A stretch of 32,000 bases of DNA, from NCBI RefSeq assembly GCF_002945325.1, contig NZ_CP026606.1:480001-512000 (forward strand), read 5' to 3'. The position numbers and the translations under genes are program-made. Origin of the DNA: Methanococcus maripaludis. Lineage in GTDB: Archaea; AGJL01; Methanococci; Methanococcales; Methanococcaceae. The notes under the pieces are model-generated. The model was not told the origin of the DNA, did no database searches, and saw only the letters and a list, made by a program, of their open reading frames with translations. Within the stretch, counting starts at the first letter, position 1. Every line of letters begins with the position of its first letter. Below are positions 27,837 to 32,000 of the stretch, piece after piece.

Positions 27837-28115
27837 TTATTTATTTTCCCTTATTTCTTGCTCTAATTCGTACAAATCAATGACTTTTTTTCCGTTTTCA
27901 GTTATGGCGTAGTAAGATTTAGGCATTCTTTTGTTTTCTCTTTCTTCACGTCTTGAAACTAAATTTTTAGACTCCAATTCTCTTAATAGTCTGCTTAAAT
28001 AACTTTTATCAAGCTGAAATTCTTCTTTAAGTTCTGAAAATCCAATTTCATCCCCTTCCTTTAGCCTATACATTAATTCTTTTACGTGCTTTTTTGCAAG
28101 GATACCGAACAGCAT
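27837..28115 (-). CDS. Winged-helix transcriptional regulator (module copy 2)
   Basis: FSELKEEFQLDKSYLSRLLRELESKNLVSRREERENKRMPKSYYAITENGKKVI. Confidence 0.8.
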   Translation of the reverse strand: MLFGILAKKHVKELMYRLKEGDEIGFSELKEEFQLDKSYLSRLLRELESKNLVSRREERENKRMPKSYYAITENGKKVIDLYELEQEIRENK

Positions 28116-28273
28116 GTTTTAACCTTTATTTTTGAATATGGTAAAATATATGTTGTAGACTCTAAATAACATAGTGGACTTAATTTTAAAATAGTGGACT
28201 AAATCCGTAAACATTAAATAGGTGGATATCCCTTTATTATTATGTGGACTAAATTAGTAAACTATTGTATGAA

Positions 28274-28285
28274 TTAGTATACTAA
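28274..28285. promoter_or_regulatory. Palindrome TTAGTATACTAA, candidate operator
   Basis: Perfect 12-bp palindrome built from the same TTAGTA half-site found in module copy 1. Confidence 0.4.
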
Positions 28286-28353
28286 ACTAGTACCACATAA
28301 CCCGCCTGAACAGCACCCCCTCATTTTATTTTTTAAATATAAAGAGATGATGA

Positions 28354-28503
28354 AGAATCAAAGATGAAAAAACAATTGAAAAACAGGTAAAACCATTCGG
28401 AAACACTGGACACATAACCCTACCTAAAAAACTAGTTGGAAAACAAGTAGAAGTTAAAATTAAAGATGATACAAAAGGTGAAAACAAATGTCAGCAGAAA
28501 TAG
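28354..28503 (+). pseudogene. DUF2080-like (transposon-associated) fragment without a normal start codon
   Basis: Open frame RIKDEKTIEKQVKPFGNTGHITLPKKLVGKQVEVKIKDDTKGENKCQQK*; resembles the V.PFGNsaHV.lPK...GK.V.V pattern; stop overlaps the start of the 137-aa gene. Confidence 0.5.
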
Positions 28504-28902
28504 AAGAAAAAGTTTTAAGAAATCTAAAAAGCCACGAAGAATTGAGCGATATATTAAAATCAACACTTTATAAAATGTCCTTAGAAGGATTTGAAGCATT
28601 TGAAGACTACAAAAATTACGCGAATCCAGATTCATTCTCAAACGTTGTTAAAAAAATTGAATGGGTCGAACTGGTTGAAGATGACCGGTTATCAGTTCAT
28701 AAATTGCAAAAAATCAAATTACCTGATTTAACAACAAAAACCACAGAAATTATGTCAGAAGGCAATTTAACAATAGATCAGTTCTTAGTTGGATATATTG
28801 TGCCAGAAGATAAAGTTATTGAAGAAATAAAAAAAGGAAACGAGCTTTATTATGTAAAAGATGCTGATTTATTCTACAAAATCAATGTTGACGAATTTTA
28901 AT
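28473..28902 (+). repeat. 430-bp duplicated segment, copy 2
   Basis: Counterpart of 18937-19366. Confidence 0.93.
28488..28901 (+). CDS. 137-aa conserved protein of unknown function (copy 2)
   Basis: Near-identical to 18952..19365. Confidence 0.85.
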   Translation: MSAEIEEKVLRNLKSHEELSDILKSTLYKMSLEGFEAFEDYKNYANPDSFSNVVKKIEWVELVEDDRLSVHKLQKIKLPDLTTKTTEIMSEGNLTIDQFLVGYIVPEDKVIEEIKKGNELYYVKDADLFYKINVDEF

Positions 28903-28935
28903 TATCAAACTCTTTTTACCGTTTTAATGATATTA

Positions 28936-29340
28936 CTACACACCCAGTTTTGATTTGAGTGCATCAGATCCAAAGTGCGAAACAATGACAATACCTACCA
29001 AATATGTAAAATGGGCCACGATAGTACCTACAAGCTCGGTATCCTGCGTTGGAACTTCTTTGAATATGTAAAATGTAATAACCATCATATATACTGCAAT
29101 CATTGTTCCGGTAATTGCGTCTTTTATTGATTTTGAATCATTGGGATCTTCAGAATAAATCCGTTTAGATATCAAATATAATCCAAAAAATACAACAAGC
29201 GACATCGAACCAAATGCCCAAGAAATACTAACCCGATAATTAAATCCGGTATCAAATGTTGCTAAAAATAACATCAAAACGCTCAAAAAGACCGTTGATA
29301 TGGCTATTAAGAGTATACTTCTCCATTCGTTTAAATTCAC
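28936..29340 (-). CDS. Small multi-pass membrane protein (about 4 TM), unknown
   Basis: 134-aa hydrophobic ORF. Confidence 0.7.
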   Translation of the reverse strand: MNLNEWRSILLIAISTVFLSVLMLFLATFDTGFNYRVSISWAFGSMSLVVFFGLYLISKRIYSEDPNDSKSIKDAITGTMIAVYMMVITFYIFKEVPTQDTELVGTIVAHFTYLVGIVIVSHFGSDALKSKLGV

Positions 29341-29350
29341 AAATATCCCC

Positions 29351-29614
29351 TCATCGAATAATCAAATTTTTTCCAAGTGAATTTATAATTTTTATTAAAA
29401 CATCAGACCTCATCTTGTAGCTGTCATCAGTATAAACCCTGTGAACCATTTTTCTGGAAATTTTCGACATTTTATAAAATTTGTATTGTGATTTATCCCC
29501 TATTAAAAAACGGATTGCAGGAAGTAAATCTTCGCTTTTAGACAATATTATTTCAAATTCATCGTTATTTTCGCTGGATTGTTCTTTAGGATTTATATCG
29601 TTCTTTTGGTACAT
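29351..29614 (-). CDS. Small protein, unknown (possible regulator)
   Basis: 87-aa ORF ending 10 nt upstream of the membrane protein start, same strand, probable operon. Confidence 0.5.
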   Translation of the reverse strand: MYQKNDINPKEQSSENNDEFEIILSKSEDLLPAIRFLIGDKSQYKFYKMSKISRKMVHRVYTDDSYKMRSDVLIKIINSLGKNLIIR

Positions 29615-29858
29615 TTATTGGACCCCCGGTGAGTAAACAGGGGTATTTTATTGTTAAAAATATTTATTGTTTAGTCGGAGTTTTTAAGTTATTATTAAAT
29701 TTAAGATTTGGGTTATGCCCTGGTTAAACCAACCATATAATTTTTGAAGATTTAAAATAAAAGATTGCCCTTCCAAACGCAAGTTAAACGTAATCAACAT
29801 CTTTTAAAAAAGAGTTTATGTCGGAAATTAAAAATCAAAAAACCGGCGGAGGGGTTAA

Positions 29859-31202
29859 ATGGCAGACGTTAGTCTATCAAATACTATTGACGAATTACCC
29901 GGGCTTGATGCACTGGGCACTGGTTACGATATTTTTGGCGAATATGCAAATCCAAAAAGCGTAAAATCAAAAATATTTAATCTCGGACCTCAAAAAGAAA
30001 TTGTTGTAGAGGGAAAAACGTTTCTAATTCCCGAAGTCGTAAGATACACAGAAGTAATGCAGGGCGTTTTTGATTCCAGGTTTGGAAAAACGCTGAAAGA
30101 ATATTCTGAAAAATTAAAAGTAAGTACTGGCCTTAAAGGAAATTATGGATTCTTTCAAGGGTCAATTACCGCTTCTTTTGATAAATCAACACTGCAACGA
30201 TCAGAATACGAATATTCTACAGTAAATGATGACGTTAAAAAATGGGTAATTGCACTGCCATCTAAAACCGATTTGAAAGTTAAATCAATGTTGGATTCAA
30301 CGTTCAGTAGAGATTTAAACGGAAAAATGGATCCAGAAACTCTTTTTGACACTTACGGTGCATACTACTTGCATGAAGTTATAGTTGGTGCCAGATGTTC
30401 ATACAACTCGTCAGTGAATAAAAAAACACTTGACCAAAGCGTGAACGTTGAAGTAGCTGCTGAAATGTCTTATAAAAAGTTCGTAAATTCAATTTCAGTA
30501 GACGAAAAAACACAGTATGAAAGTCAGATTAAGGAATTCGATTCAAATTCTTCGACAGGAACCGAAGTTCTCGGCGGAAAACCCGAATATGGTCACTACA
30601 TAAACCAGTCTGGAAATTATGATAAATGGATTGAATCAATAATTGATTATCCCGTATTTTCAGGATTTACAGAAAACAGTTTAGTTCCGATCTGGGAATT
30701 GTGTACTAATGACACTAGAAAAACCGAATTAGAAAATGCATTTCCTGCATATGCTGAGAAAAAAACAATGCCGTACAGTCAGTACTGCATAACTGATCTT
30801 TCAGTAATTGAATCCGATAAAGGAGGTGCTGCCCCACCTTACGGATTTAAAAAAGTTGACATGGACTTAAACAAAGGTGCAGGCGGAAAATATATTTATC
30901 TCTGCTACAAGGAAGGCCTTGACACAACAACACCAATTACCGACATTGTGGTACTCCATGGAAAAAATGCAGATGCTCCTAACGGCTATACAAAAATAAA
31001 CGTGGATTTAAACCATAAAGCCGGTGGAAAATATATCTACCTTGCATATTCAAGACAGACAAATAATAACCCGATAAGAAGCGTTGTTGTTGTCAAAGGT
31101 AAAAACGCAAATGCGCCTTATGGGTATGAAAAAATCGATTACGATTTAAACAAAGGTGCAGGCGGCGAATACCTCTATTTATGCTATTCTAGGTATTTCT
31201 AA
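29859..31202 (+). CDS. MACPF-like pore-forming protein with three C-terminal MABP-like beta-repeat units
   Basis: MACPF-like signature LFDTYGAYYLHEVIVGAR (Y-G-x-x-Y-x6-G); C-terminal repeats PYGFKKVDMDLNKGAGGKYIYLCY / PNGYTKINVDLNHKAGGKYIYLAY / PYGYEKIDYDLNKGAGGEYLYLCY. RBS GGAGGGG, ATG 29859. Confidence 0.8.
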   Translation: MADVSLSNTIDELPGLDALGTGYDIFGEYANPKSVKSKIFNLGPQKEIVVEGKTFLIPEVVRYTEVMQGVFDSRFGKTLKEYSEKLKVSTGLKGNYGFFQGSITASFDKSTLQRSEYEYSTVNDDVKKWVIALPSKTDLKVKSMLDSTFSRDLNGKMDPETLFDTYGAYYLHEVIVGARCSYNSSVNKKTLDQSVNVEVAAEMSYKKFVNSISVDEKTQYESQIKEFDSNSSTGTEVLGGKPEYGHYINQSGNYDKWIESIIDYPVFSGFTENSLVPIWELCTNDTRKTELENAFPAYAEKKTMPYSQYCITDLSVIESDKGGAAPPYGFKKVDMDLNKGAGGKYIYLCYKEGLDTTTPITDIVVLHGKNADAPNGYTKINVDLNHKAGGKYIYLAYSRQTNNNPIRSVVVVKGKNANAPYGYEKIDYDLNKGAGGEYLYLCYSRYF

Positions 31203-31212
31203 GGTGTTAAAC

Positions 31213-31884
31213 ATGGTAAGAGTAATTACTTGGAATATGCAAGGTGCATGCCATTCTACAGAAGGAAAATGGAGAGTAGATATTCCCATATTAATGGATA
31301 TGGCAGATATCTGCTGTTTACAAGAATGCGGAACACTTCCAAGCACTGCAATACTACATACTGATTATATTTGTGATTATGAAGATTTTAAACTATATAC
31401 ATGGAATCTTGGAACTTGGGACAGGCCCAATATTTATTACATACTCCATTACTACTGGGATGCAGGGGCAAATCGGTGTAATTTAGCAATAATAACTAAA
31501 GAAAAACCTAAAAAAGCCCATATTGTAACAAATGGTACATGGTACGAGGGAAGACCTTCGATAGGCATATTGTACAATGGAATGAATTATTTCACAATAC
31601 ATGCATCAGCAGGTAGTCGGGGTGGCGATGCTGCAAAGATGCTTGATGATATAGATGGATTTATTGATCCGGGTGAAAACTGGTTTGCGGCAGGCGATTT
31701 TAACAGGGAACCTTATGATTTAATTATTTCCTATACAAAATGCCCTGCAAATGGGAATACTCATCCTGCCATACACCCTGAAAAGATGTTGGACTACGGA
31801 GTTTTAAAAGAAGGAGATTCCGTAACAGGAACTGTTGTTTCAGATTATAGATCTGACCATTATCCAGTATTATTTGAGCTATAA
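31213..31884 (+). CDS. CdtB-like DNase (endonuclease/exonuclease/phosphatase superfamily)
   Basis: ITWNMQG...STEGKW, ICCLQECGTLP, WDAGANRCNLAI, FTIHASAG, FAAGDFNREP, LDYGVL, YRSDHYPV; in-frame ATG at 31213 with AAGGTG RBS, 10 nt after the upstream stop. Confidence 0.88.
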   Translation: MVRVITWNMQGACHSTEGKWRVDIPILMDMADICCLQECGTLPSTAILHTDYICDYEDFKLYTWNLGTWDRPNIYYILHYYWDAGANRCNLAIITKEKPKKAHIVTNGTWYEGRPSIGILYNGMNYFTIHASAGSRGGDAAKMLDDIDGFIDPGENWFAAGDFNREPYDLIISYTKCPANGNTHPAIHPEKMLDYGVLKEGDSVTGTVVSDYRSDHYPVLFEL

Positions 31885-32000
31885 TCGTTTATTTGTTTAA
31901 TAAATCGATTAATTTTTCTTTTTTTTACGTTAAATCAAATTTAAAAAGAAGATTATTTTAAAATTGAAAAGTAACTCTTTTTATAAGCTTAATTTATAAT

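Noticed and set aside
1-32000. tRNA genes or obvious att sites bounding an integrated element
   Set aside because: No cloverleaf-compatible sequence with the TTC(G/A)A T-loop and no long direct repeat at plausible element ends was found by eye; a tRNAscan/att search would be needed.

Overview
AT-rich archaeal window, Methanococcus-like from its codon and promoter style and GGTGA ribosome-binding sites. The organism call is an inference. Blocks, left to right: (1) 1-6253, a tightly packed + strand run of small membrane or secreted proteins plus one FtsK/HerA-like ATPase, looking like the structural module of an integrated membrane-containing virus or other integrated element. (2) 6254-8926, a solute-binding lipoprotein, a beta-class DNA methyltransferase and a serine recombinase. 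(3) 8951-13962, a four-gene operon with overlapping or near-abutting junctions: DUF6884-like protein, divergent NurA-like nuclease, HerA-like helicase and a TGT/DpdA-like transglycosylase fold. This is a candidate undescribed nucleic-acid modification or defence system. (4) 14201-19366, a membrane protein, an OLD-family ATPase/TOPRIM nuclease, a coiled-coil gene with a perfect 21-bp tandem repeat, and an HTH + 137-aa-protein module. (5) 20160-27745, an MCP chemoreceptor, MarR and winged-helix regulators, two tandem Gln/Lys-rich micro-proteins, a stand-alone WYL-like protein and a large membrane protein. (6) 27837-28902, a second HTH + 137-aa module. The 137-aa genes differ at about 22 nt but only 1 aa. 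(7) 29859-31884, a two-gene operon of a MACPF-like pore-forming protein with three C-terminal beta-repeat units and a CdtB-like DNase with all catalytic motifs. This is a candidate archaeal binary genotoxin and is the most striking item. All assignments are by eye from motifs; no database search was run.
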